DNA of 64,000 bases, from contig CAWJTV010000006.1 in NCBI GenBank assembly GCA_963845755.1, positions 74,265-138,264 of the forward strand, read 5' to 3'. The stretch comes from an uncultured Planctomycetota bacterium (GTDB lineage Bacteria > Planctomycetota > Planctomycetia > Isosphaerales > Isosphaeraceae). How positions within the stretch are numbered: position 1 is the first letter of the stretch; each line of letters opens with the position of its first letter. Of the stretch, positions 53,970 through 64,000 are shown one piece after another. The notes under the pieces are model-generated. The model was not told where the DNA came from. It searched no databases and saw only the letters and a program-made list of their open reading frames with translations. The position numbers and the translations under genes were made by a program.

Positions 53970-56221
53970 GGCGACTTCGAGCGATGCGCCCTAGCGATAT
54001 TGCAAGGGTCGGCGAAATATGGCGGTGTCACGACCTCGGCCGCGCCGGCTTCATGAAGGTCGGGGACGCGCTGGCCGGCTTCTTTCGGGAGCAAACCGGG
54101 CTTCTGAGTTAAAAAGCCCATTCCGCGTCCGAGACGCCGCTGAGATAGGGTCGCGAGTGATCGTCGTCCTGAGCCAGGCTCGATCTGGCCCCGCGATTAA
54201 CGTTAATCGCCGATTTCCGCGGAGGGGAAACCGACTGACAACTTCTGGCGGGAGGCGGCGAGATTCTGCGGAATTCGCGACAACTTGCCCCCTGGAACGT
54301 CAGATGGTCTTGAGGCAAGAGGCCAGGAAACCGGGAATGTCAAATCGCAGGTGGCTCGATGGGAAGGTCCGCCAAACCGCGGAAATCCGCGCCAATGGCC
54401 CACATTTCGATGTGACTTGGCGATTGGCCCACGCAGGCCCCGACCGACAAAACCGACTGGCACCAAGTGCAAGATATCGCGGGAAAACCAGTCCTGGCTT
54501 GGACCAAATGTCGATCGATTTCTCCTCCGCGGAAATCGGCGCGATTAACATTAACCTAAGTTGCGCAGTTGGCGGTTGAGATACGCCGATTTCCCCGGAA
54601 AACCCGGCACCTGGGGTGCCGGGTCTTCACTACAAAATCCGGTCGGGACTCAGCCGTTCGGGGATCTCCAGTCCCAGGGCTTCCAGGATTCGTTTCTGTT
54701 CGGCCATCGGTCGAGCGACCCGGCGCAGGGCCAGTTGCTGACCGTCGGTCGTCTCCAGCAGGATGTCGCCGATGGCAATCTGGCCCAGCTCGCGGAGGAT
54801 GACCTCGGGCGTCATCGGTCTCGGCTTCGGCCCGGCCCGGCCACGCTGGGAATCCGGTTTGCGAATCTCCGTCTCCAAGCCCGCACGTTTGGCCAGATGG
54901 TCCAGCGTCTTCCAGAGAGCGTACGCCAGCACGCAGACCAGCACATGCGCCTGGGTCCGGCCGCTGTAGTGATGCCAGACCGGACGCAGCAGCAACTCAC
55001 TCTTAAGGACGCGGAAGGCATGCTCCACCACGGTCAGCTGGATGTACGTCTCCCAAAACTCCTGGGCTGACCAACCGCCTTGATTACTCCGCAACAGGTA
55101 GGCACCATCGCCGGCCAGGGCCGCCCGGAACTTCTCCCGAAGCCAAACGTAACTCATCCGCGCCGGCTGGGTCTTGGACACGGTGATCGTCACAAACGGC
55201 CGGGCTTTGGGAAACCGGCCCTTCAGCCGACCGACACTCTCGAGGATCTTGTCGCGGCTCTTCAACCGACCCGCCTCGATCCGTTCCTGGAGCTTCGCCA
55301 AGGCCCGGGCCAGGCCATGCCGCTGACGGCGGCGGATGGCCCGTTCCTTCTGGCGCCGCGGCCGGCTTCGCGCCAGGAGGTAATGCACGCGCTTCTGTTT
55401 GAGGAGCTTCACCTCGACATCGGGATTCTCGGGCAGGCGCTGCCAACCGCCTAGGTCCAAGTGTTGAGCGAACGTGGCCAACTCGCCGCGGCGCGTGGCC
55501 AGCAGATAGCGCCGGCCCGATCGATTGAGGAACTTCAGCGTATCCTCGCTGATCATGCCACGGTCCATGACCCAGACCCGTTGCGATTTGCCGAACCGGG
55601 CCTCGATCGTCGTGACGATGGTCTCGACGGTCTGAAGGTCCTGGGTATTACCCGCCAGCGTCAGGTGGGCCAGCGGAAAGCCATCACGGGTCACGATCAA
55701 CGCCAGGACGATCTGCTGGCAATCACCGCGGTGATCGCGGGAATAGCCGCGGCGGGCCAGGTCGTTCTCCTCGGCCAAGCCCTCGAAATAGGTACTGGTC
55801 AGGTCGTAGAGCAGCAGGTCATAGTCGAGCTGGAAGAGTTGCCCGAATTGGTCCTTCAGGTCGTTCTCGATCGCCTCCTGGGCCTGCAAGTAACCGGTCC
55901 AAGGTCCGAAACAGGCGATCCTTGGTCACGGCGCTGTCGGGGACGCCGAGAAGGTCTTCCAAGGCCGTGGAGGGATACCAGTGCTCGGCCAGGGCGAATT
56001 CGCTGCAGGGCGCACAGGCGGTTGATGACTTCGATGGCCACGATGTCGGCGGGCCGGACCGTTTCCTTTCCCTGGGGCACGTGGCGGTCGACGATCTCAT
56101 CGAGATGGAGGAACTTCCACAGCCAGAGACCCAACCACACATCGCCGAAGCGGCGAGCATTCGTCCAGCCCACCGAGTTGAGGCTGATCTGCACGACATC
56201 GAGATCATCGGGGACGGAGAC

Positions 56222-57617
56222 CAGGGCTTACGCACCAGATTTCTCGGGGTTTTCGGCCAGTACAGTTGATTTCTCGGGGATTTGGGCCAGTACATCCAAG
56301 AGATAGTCATTCTTCCAGCCCGCAACCAGGCGGCGCGTCGCGATACTCTTGCCCTTGCTGTTCTTCTCCGCCTTGAGCAAGCACAAAGCCATCTTGCGGA
56401 GCCATCCCAAGTTCTCCGCGCTGTTCCCGGCCCAGTGCCGTTGATCATCCTCAGAGAAACAGACGTCCAGAACCCAGTGCAGCGAGTTCTCGATCCCCCA
56501 ATGACCCCGCACCCAACGCAGGTGCTCTGTCGCCGGCTCGGGACGCGCTGCTGATGAAGTAGCGGGTCTCACTGCTGGCCTCACCATGGATCACCCGATG
56601 GCTGATCACCATCACGATCGCCGTCAGCCCGGCCCAAAGGCCCAGCGTTGCGGATCCCCTTCGGCTCGGTGATCACACAGCAACTCCGGGTCTCCTGGCG
56701 ACCGCTGCGGATCTCTTCCGTCTGACATTCAGTGAAGTCCACCCCGGGCTCGCCCTGATCCAATGCCTCGTCGAACGCCCGCGCGATGTCCTCGTAGAGG
56801 TGCGGCTGGTTCTCCTTGACCGCGAGCTCGTAATGGCCACCCCCGTCGATGATCTTGGCGGCGATGTCTTTCTGACAACCCATGGCGTCGATGGTCACCA
56901 CGGCCCCGTTGAGGTCCAGCATCGCGAGCAAGTCGGGAATGGCCGTAATTTCGTTGGATTTGGCGTCGGTGGCCACTTGCCCCAAGGTCAAATGGTTCAC
57001 GACCGCCCAGGCGCTGACGACATGCAGGGCCGAGCGGCCGACGGTGCGCCGCGCCGCGCCGCGTTGGGCCTTACCGTCGATGGCGATCGGCGTCAGCTCG
57101 GGCGAATCGGTGGCGACGGGGGTCAATCCCGTTCGCTCCATCAGCGCCGTCATCCAGGAGGAGAAGCCCTTCTGAAAGGCCAGCGGGTCGAGCAGGCAGA
57201 AGACCCGTCGAAAGGTGTCGTGCGAGGGGATGCCGCCGGGCAATTCGAGGAAGGTCTCGAGCCAGTCGCTCTTGGAGTGGGCATAATCGGCGATCTGCAC
57301 CCAGTTGTCGGCGCCGCAGAACACGGCGCAGGTGGCGATGAAAATGATCTCATCGAGTCGGTGGATTCGCCCCTGTTCGCGGCGGGGATCGGGCAAGTCG
57401 GCGAAATGATCGAGGAGTGAGATCGGGTCTTGGGCGGGAGTAGCGGAGGCCGAATCCGAGCTGACGGTCATGGTGTGGACGTCCCTGAAAAGATCGAGTT
57501 ATCCTGGCGATCGATGGTACAAAAGACGTCCGTTTCCCGACCAGCCGGACTGTAGGATCGAGGCGAGATGCTCTTTCCCAGAACACTCAGATATCCCAGG
57601 CTGGTGCGTAAGCCCTG
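56222..57617 (-). mobile_element. ISAs1-family insertion sequence
   Basis: Perfect 17 bp TIR CAGGGCTTACGCACCAG; 10 bp TSD GGACGGAGAC (56212-56221, 57618-57627). Confidence 0.93.
56228..57471 (-). pseudogene. ISAs1 transposase, frameshifted
   Basis: DPR...H.L.EI, GIPSHDTF, IAIDGK, KSNEITAIP, TIDAMGCQ, RGHWGIENSLHWVLDV.F.ED. Confidence 0.9.
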
Positions 57618-58260
57618 GGACGGAGACGGGCTGGACATCGGGGAAGAGGCGAAGCTGGCGGTCTTCCCCCTGGCGATTGTAAAAGACGACGGTGCGCTGC
57701 CAGCGTCGTTCTTGGTCGTGATTGAGCTCGCCGAGGTAGGCAACGACGTGCTGGCGCGGCCCGGCCTCGGTGCGTACGCTCTCGACGAGGGCGTAGTAGG
57801 TATGGGTCTTACCGTCTTTAGTCCGGGAATAGCGTCGCAGGAACATGCCGGCCTCCCCAGAGACCAGCATGAGCGGTGGCAGCGGTGAAATCAAGGAACT
57901 AGGTCTTGAGTGGATCTTCACTACACCGGTCTCACGCCGTTTTCACTACGAAAAATCCCAGAAACTCAGGGAATTGGCTCTCGTTTTTGGGTAAAATCCG
58001 CCACCAACTGCGCAACCTAGGTTAATCGAGTGGGACCGCGATTAGAAAGTTAGAGAACTGCAACCTGCCCAGGTCTTGCGTCTCGCGGCCATCCGCTCCA
58101 CCGCACTCGCGGCCCAGGGCTCAATCGCGAGCAAGACGAGCCGCCGGATCCTTCGGATCACATGCGTCGATGAGGATAGCCTACTGGGATATCCTGAGGG
58201 CCGTTGCGAATGGCCCCAGGACGGCTTGCTGTCCTGGCCACCCGGTCCATGACAGGGCGG

Positions 58261-59193
58261 TCACGAGCTGGCCCCTTCCTTCCGCTCGATCGACCAGTAT
58301 GACTGAAGCAGAGGTTCCCCACGTTTCTTGCGGCGCCGGTTCAGATCGGCCGGCGGATCTCGCCGCTGGATGTTCGCCTGACCTCGGTTGACGAGCGACA
58401 GGGCCAGCAACGCCGGGAACAGTTGAGAGAAAGTGTCTGCCTGGGAAACGTCGCCCCACCAAGCGTCCAAGGAAGGACGGCCTCGTCCGTGCAGGGAAGG
58501 GACGGCGGCCACGGTCCCAGTTTCGTCCAGATCGAGCTTGAAGGTCCACGGCCCAACCGTCAACGTCCCATCGTAGGCGCAGATCTGGCTAGCCCATATC
58601 ATCCAGCCGGGAGCTGAAGCAGGCCGGACAGGCGGAAGAGTGCGAGCGCTTGCCGTGACCTGCTCACCGATTTGAGTTCTCGCGAACAAGAGGCAACGCT
58701 CGGCCTCATTGAGGCGATAGGTCTCCCTCATGGGATTGCAGCTCCTCATGGCCGAGTCCACGGCTTCCGTATCGATTTGATCCCCGGCACTCCCCAGGAG
58801 CCGATCTCGAATCTGTCGCACGTACTCGGGCCGTCGGTCGAGCGCCAGGTCGCTGCGACGACGGCCGCTGATGAACCATCCCCAGGAGGTAGGCATGGTC
58901 GAGGGGAACGTCGTACCGGTGGCCTCCGACCGGATCCGGCTGGGGCGGCGCATCTCGACGAACAGGTCGGCATGCTGCGGCAGACATCCGGGGAAATCGG
59001 ACCGCAATTCCCAGACCTCCTGGGCGGTTCCCGCGAAGAGATACTCGCAGATTGCGTCCGCGCTGTAGACCGGTAGTTCGTCCGGCACGGCGGCCAGCGA
59101 CACCGGCAGGCCATCGAGGACAAATGCCCCTTCGCGATAAAACCGGCCCAGCGGTTTCCCAGACGCTTGGCGGATGAAGTCGGCGAGTCGCAT
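58261..59193 (-). CDS. Hypothetical protein
   Basis: MRLADFIRQ start after AGGAAG; about 310 aa globular-looking ORF downstream of the primase/ori region. Confidence 0.55.
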   Translation of the reverse strand: MRLADFIRQASGKPLGRFYREGAFVLDGLPVSLAAVPDELPVYSADAICEYLFAGTAQEVWELRSDFPGCLPQHADLFVEMRRPSRIRSEATGTTFPSTMPTSWGWFISGRRRSDLALDRRPEYVRQIRDRLLGSAGDQIDTEAVDSAMRSCNPMRETYRLNEAERCLLFARTQIGEQVTASARTLPPVRPASAPGWMIWASQICAYDGTLTVGPWTFKLDLDETGTVAAVPSLHGRGRPSLDAWWGDVSQADTFSQLFPALLALSLVNRGQANIQRRDPPADLNRRRKKRGEPLLQSYWSIERKEGASS

Positions 59194-59297
59194 GAGAACT
59201 TCCTTTCGAAGAAACGATCCGGTTTCGACGCCCACACGGGCGTAGGCCCGGATCTCGAACATTTCAGGCAATGGCGTTCCATAGGGGCTAACGGCTT

Positions 59298-59601
59298 GGT
59301 TACCACAGTTACCACCCGTTACCGGCCGAGTGGTTACCACTCAAACAGCTTCCATGTCACGACTTGCGTCTCCGGTTACCACGGTTACCGCTGCTACGGA
59401 AGAGACCTCGGTTGCAGGCGAGAAAAAACACCTTCATTTCCCCCAACGGCTGGTGTACTAATCGCTGCGCTTACGTATCTCTTCGAGAGTGGTAACTGTG
59501 GTAACCGGAACGAACATTCGTAGCAGGACCAAGCCCGGCAACGACTTCCGCGGTTACCGCTGGCCTCCAGAAAGTGGTAACCGAGTGGTAACCGTGGTAA
59601 C
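59298..59601. repeat. Cluster of 12 GTTACC/GGTAAC repeats, candidate replication origin (iterons)
   Basis: Six GTTACC copies (59298-59389), then mostly inverted GTGGTAAC copies (59491-59601), ending next to the helicase stop codon. Confidence 0.7.
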
Positions 59602-59602
59602 T

Positions 59603-61881
59603 TCAATCCGGCCCCGGCTGGCAAATCCGTCTCAGGGGGATCGCGATGACTCGCTTGGATGTGCCGCCGATCTTCCTCACGGTCGAGTACCGTCGGGTTC
59701 CATCACTCCCCTCGCCCTCGGGTCTAGCGATACCCTGAAGTGCCAGGTCACGGGCGATCATCCGCGGATTCTCGAACGGCTCACCCGCGTCCTTGGCGAT
59801 CGTGACGACGGCCGCCTGCAAGGCCTGCTGGTCGAAGTAGGCCATCTCGATGTTCCCCGTGGCATCGCCGCCGACCCACCCGATCAGGCGGGAACCCTGC
59901 GGCACCTCGAAGCTCTTCAGGAGCGGACATCGGTCCTTCTCCGTCCACGACTCCCGCCAGCCGACCTCGGCGGCATGGGCCTCGTGAGGGGCGTGGTCGC
60001 CGTTGATCGAGCCGAGATGATAGCGACCGGTCACGAACCCGGTCCGGATCGCGCCAGGATCACCTCGCCCGTCTCGGCCTCGCGGACGACCTCGGACTGG
60101 GATGTCGCCAGCGAAGCCAGGCCCTCGGTAACCAGAGCCAGGCTGGACGCGACGGCGGCCTGGTCGATCGCCCCGAGTTCGAGCGCGAACTGGCAGAAAC
60201 AGCGGAAGGCGGAATACAGCTCGGCGACGGCGTCGACCGGGCGCCGGCTGCTGGATTCCGCCGCGTCTTGGAGGTTGTCCCGGTATTCGCGCGCCCAGAT
60301 CCAGAACTGCCCCTTGATGGACGCGTAGCGGTCCGGATGGGCGAACCAGCGGATGAAGCTGGCCGCCGCCGCGGCGAATCGGCCCTGGGTCCCGAGTAGT
60401 TGCAGTCGGCCCAGGATGGCCGGGCACACCGTCTGGCGGGTCATGCGCACCGTCAGCATCCGGCTCCTGGTGGACTGCCTGTCGAGCTCGGCCTCGCCGC
60501 AGGTCAACAGGGCGGCCTGGGGGGTGAACGTCGCCGCGAACTCGCGGGTGGCCGTCAGCTTGACGTCGTTGCCGGCGTTGTACAGCGACTGGACCACGGC
60601 CGTCGCCTTGGTAACCGCATCGCGGTCGGTCAACTCATCCACCACGACGACCGTGTTGGCGGCATCCGCCAGCAGCCTGCAGATGCCCTTGACCGATCCG
60701 GTCTTCCAGTCCGCGGCCACGAGCCGGGCTTTCCGATGCTCGTCGTCGTGGATCGCGCCCGGAAGAGGTCGCGAGACGATCATCGCCGATTCCGTCTTGA
60801 ACGTCTCGCGCGGACCGGAGAGCTGGATCGTCGTGGGGAACGAGCCGGCGATGATCGGACGCCAGGGCAAGCTGAGCATCACCGCGGCCAGGCTCGGCGA
60901 ACCGGGCCTGTCGCCCTGTCCGAGTTCGGCTATGGCGAAGACCGCTCGGACGGCCTCGGCGATCGTTGCAGGGTCGGTGGGTGGATCGGGGAGCTGGATA
61001 TGCTCGAGATTGCCGCCCAGCTCGACCTGGACCGGGACGGCGCCGTCGGCCCCGATCGCCCCGCGACCGTGGAGGAAGACCATCTGGCCATCGATCTCGG
61101 TCCAGCCGGTCGAGGTCCTGATGACCTCGCGAGGGATCGGACCGTCGCGGTCGGTAGCATTTGAATGGCGAACGGAGATCGTCGCGGACGCCGCGGCCGG
61201 CTACGACCACGAACTTGGCGCCGAGCGACTCGGGCCATTCCATCCGGGCGTACTTGTCTGCCGAGACGGCCAGTGTGGCCGCCGAGCCGTCCTGGTGGGC
61301 CGCGGTGATCTCGTACTTGAGCGAGGACTTGCCGTCCTCGATCCGGTCGATCTCACGCTTGATTCGGGCCGTGAAGTTGGCCAGGAGCACCCTCGGCGGG
61401 GGATTGGGCCCGGCCACCACGCGGTAGGTCGCCCCGTCGAATTCGTCGTAGGTGAGCCCGCTTGTACCCGGCCCGCCGCCCATCGATATCGGGCCTGCCC
61501 CGGCATGACCGTCGGTGGCGGCCAGCTCTTCCTCGAGATCTCGGCCGCACGGGCTTCGAGTGCCGCCAGGAGCTTGTCCCGCTTCTCGGCTAGCTCTTCC
61601 TCGGGGAAGTTGAGCCGTTTCATCAGGCCCTTGATGAAGTCTTGGCGTGCCCGTGCTCGCGCGACATCGAGCCGGTCCTGGAAGATCGTCCGGCCGCTGG
61701 CCGGGTCGATGACTCGGACGAGGGATCGCCGAGCCTTGCCGTCATTGTCGATGACGAACTCCAGGCTCTGGTGGTCGCCGTTTTCGCGGCCGTCGTGATG
61801 GGCGCGCTGTCGTGCGTCAACTCCGTCATTGTGTCGAGATACCTCCCCTGAGACTCCGCGTTGAACTCACAAATCGACGAC
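59603..61881 (-). pseudogene. DUF927-like/SF3-type helicase part of a phage/ICE primase-helicase, multiple frameshifts
   Basis: LANFTARIKREI, TGWTEIDGQMVFLHGRGAIG, Walker-A-like LSGPRETFKT, Walker-B VVVVDE, RSRML; spread over ORFs 61623-61916, 61201-61623, 60635-61483, 60031-61083, 59603-60427. Confidence 0.65.
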
Positions 61882-61889
61882 ATATTTCC

Positions 61890-63717
61890 GGTTCTCCCGC
61901 ACTTTTGGTGATCCAAGAGCGTAGATAGGTTGTCTCACTTCTGACTTGGTTTACTGGTCTCGTCTCTTTTGGAGGCACTCGTTGCTCCTGTCTCAGCTTC
62001 TGCGCACTCCGATCGGCAGTCGCCTGATCCGTACCGACTTCGACGACGACACTCTGACTCTCGGTATCGCGACGACGAACCCTAACGCATCCTGTCCCGT
62101 CTGCGGCCACGAGACTTGGCGGGTGCATAGCCGCTACGATCGCCATCTCGCCGAGGAACCGATTTTCGGTCATCGTGTCTGTCTCCTGATGACGGTCCGG
62201 CGGTTCTTCTGCTCTGGGTCGGCATGCCCTCGCCGCATCTTCACCGAGCCGCTCGATGGCTTCGCCGCCAAACATGCTCGCACGACCCGACGTCTGGCCC
62301 AAACCCACCTCGCCATCGGCTCGGCCTTGGGTGGTGAAGCCGGAGCGAGACTGGCGGGCAAGACCGGCGTGCCGACCAGCCCCGATACGCTGCTGCGTCG
62401 CGTCAAGCAGGCCGGCGCTCGATCCTCCGGTACCCCGAAATTCGTCGGCATCGACGACTGGGCCTGGTGCAAAGGACAGCGCTACGGCACGATCGTCGTC
62501 AACCTCGAGACCAACGACGTCATCGATCTCTTGCCGGACCGCGATGCCGCGACCGTCAGGATGTGGCTCGAGGCTCATCCCGGCATCGAGTTGGTCAGCC
62601 GCGATCGTGCGTCGGCCTACTCACAGGCCGCCTCCGAAGCCGCATCCCAGGCCCAGCAGGTCGCCGATCGATGGCACCTGTTGAAGAACGTGCGCGAGGC
62701 CATCGAACGTGTATTCGAGCGTCATCTGCCTGTCATCACGGAGGCTCTCAAGCCCGCCGATCCCGCTCCCACAACGATGGCGGACGCACCGTCGCACGAC
62801 GAGCCCGAGCCCGCGATATCCACCGAGCCAGTTCGCCAGGAATCGCTGTCGGCCCCGACTCCGGCCTCACCTCGACAGGAAGCCGCGATCGCCAAGCGAC
62901 AGCGGCGTGTCGGGCGGTTCGAGCGGGTTCATGAACTCCATCGGCAAGGGATGCCGATCCGACAGATCGCCCGAGAACTCGACATGTCGCGGAAGTCCGT
63001 GCGTCGCTACCTCCGTCGGGAGAGATGTCCCGACTGGAGACCCGGTCGGGCCACACGGTCGGGCATGGACGCACACCGCGAGTGGATCGATGCTCGCATC
63101 GCCGAGGGGCGGATCAACGCCTCCGAGTTACATGGTGAACTCGCGTCGAAAGGAGTTCGAGTCTCGTATGCCACGGTCCGTCGCTATGTCACCAAGCGTC
63201 TGGGACGGGCCGGCAAGGCGCGTCCCCGGTTAAACGCGGCAAAGCCAAAGCCCGCCCCACCACCCTCGCCGAAGCAACTTTCCTTCGACTGGATCCGTCG
63301 CCCTGAGAAACGAACGGTCGAAGCCCAAAGCCGCCTGGACAAGATCCGAGGGGCTAGCCCCGAGCTGACAGCCGCCCTGGACCTTGCGGACGATTTCGCG
63401 GCATTGATCCGTAAGCAAACGACCGGCAGGTTGACGGAGTGGTTGTCGCGGGCCGAAGTGAGTGCATGCCCTGAGGTCCGCCACTTTGCCGAAGGCATTC
63501 GCCGCGACGAGTCGGCGGTGAACGCGGCGGTGACAGCGCGATGGAGCAACGGCCCGGTGGAAGGTCACGTGAATCGACTGAAGACGATCAAACGGCAGAT
63601 GTTCGGCCGTGCGGGATTTTCCCTGTTAAAGGCCCGCGTTGTGAGCAGGGAATAATCGGGACGATTGGCCGCGGTCAGTCAAGATGGGGGCTTCGTCATC
63701 AAAAGTGCGGGAGAACC
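61890..63717 (+). mobile_element. ISL3-family insertion sequence
   Basis: TIR GGTTCTCCCGCACTTTTG; 8 bp TSD ATATTTCC (61882-61889, 63718-63725). Confidence 0.93.
61946..63655 (+). CDS. ISL3-family transposase
   Basis: CPVCG zinc finger, VGIDDWA, VSRDR, VADRWHL, WSNGPVEGHVNRLKTIKRQMFGR. Confidence 0.93.
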   Translation: MVYWSRLFWRHSLLLSQLLRTPIGSRLIRTDFDDDTLTLGIATTNPNASCPVCGHETWRVHSRYDRHLAEEPIFGHRVCLLMTVRRFFCSGSACPRRIFTEPLDGFAAKHARTTRRLAQTHLAIGSALGGEAGARLAGKTGVPTSPDTLLRRVKQAGARSSGTPKFVGIDDWAWCKGQRYGTIVVNLETNDVIDLLPDRDAATVRMWLEAHPGIELVSRDRASAYSQAASEAASQAQQVADRWHLLKNVREAIERVFERHLPVITEALKPADPAPTTMADAPSHDEPEPAISTEPVRQESLSAPTPASPRQEAAIAKRQRRVGRFERVHELHRQGMPIRQIARELDMSRKSVRRYLRRERCPDWRPGRATRSGMDAHREWIDARIAEGRINASELHGELASKGVRVSYATVRRYVTKRLGRAGKARPRLNAAKPKPAPPPSPKQLSFDWIRRPEKRTVEAQSRLDKIRGASPELTAALDLADDFAALIRKQTTGRLTEWLSRAEVSACPEVRHFAEGIRRDESAVNAAVTARWSNGPVEGHVNRLKTIKRQMFGRAGFSLLKARVVSRE

Positions 63718-63735
63718 ATATTTCCACCGGCGATG

Positions 63736-64000
63736 TCAACTCCTCTGGGTCACGTGCCCCCTTTGATGAGGCCGCTCCCAACCTTCCTCGGTGGCCCAGG
63801 CGAAGAGAGAGCCCAGGCCGATCAGGTTAGGGCGATTCCCGAAATGGCCCAGCCGCGACTCGGTGGCCGAGTCGAAGGTCTTCCATTTCTCGTCCAGTTC
63901 CATGGCGTGATAACGGCCCAACTACGACGACCACTACGTGCCAGAGCCCGAGCCCCACGTCCCCAAGCTGCCTCAACGCCATGCCGACTTGGACCCACCG
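63736..64000 (-). pseudogene. PriCT-2 (primase C-terminal 2) domain fragment; gene begins beyond the window end
   Basis: RWVQVGMALRQLG..GL.LW, then (after a frameshift/stop) RY...ELDEKWKTF...IGLGSLFAWA.EEGW. Confidence 0.7.

Larger units (their letters stand above)
54630..57846 (-). pseudogene. IS1634-family transposase, split by ISAs1 and frameshifted
   Basis: MFLRRYSRTKDGK..YYALVES..T..GPRQ; LLYDLTSTYFEG, GYSRDHR, VMDRGM, VEHAFRVLKSEL..RP. Confidence 0.88.
54555..58021 (-). mobile_element. IS1634-family insertion sequence interrupted by ISAs1
   Basis: TIRs CCTA(A/G)GTTGCGCAGTTGG; TTAA on both flanks (54551-54554, 58022-58025). Confidence 0.88.

Noticed and set aside
56238..56294. ~27-bp direct repeat GATTT(C)TCGGGG..TTT.GGCCAGTACA, two copies
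   Set aside because: Local duplication at the 3' end of the ISAs1 transposase; only two copies and no spacer array.
1..64000. tRNA, rRNA or CRISPR loci
   Set aside because: No cloverleaf, rRNA signature or repeat-spacer array recognised by eye; a covariance-model search was not possible.

Overview
High-GC window that looks like a planctomycete (Isosphaeraceae-like; inferred from LEPR-XLL surface proteins, DUF1559 prepilin-like proteins and an extended ECF sigma factor). It is dominated by mobile DNA. 1-9 kb: ordinary genes (MMPL, methyltransferase-nitrilase, stress protein) plus a nested MITE/REP/IS4 structure. 9.1-15.5 kb: a head-to-tail array of three divergent, TIR-less elements, each encoding a ~515-595 aa protein with Rep_trans/phage-CRI-like tyrosine motifs and a C-terminal wHTH, and each ending in two hairpins plus CTA. 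This is the best candidate for a poorly described system (putative non-HUH rolling-circle transposons); an IS5 sits in the third element's 3' end. 15.8-27.2 kb: two large secreted adhesin-like genes. About 27-64 kb: a decaying phage/ICE-like island with recQ, DUF3102, an antirepressor split by an 8 kb cargo-carrying RIT composite, ISAzo13, IS1634::ISAs1, ISL3, a PriCT-2/DUF927-type primase-helicase followed by an iteron-like GGTAAC cluster, and a recurrent GATTAACGTTAATC palindrome. Many genes carry single-base frameshifts, which may be long-read assembly errors rather than true pseudogenisation. All family assignments come from motifs recognised by eye, not from database searches.
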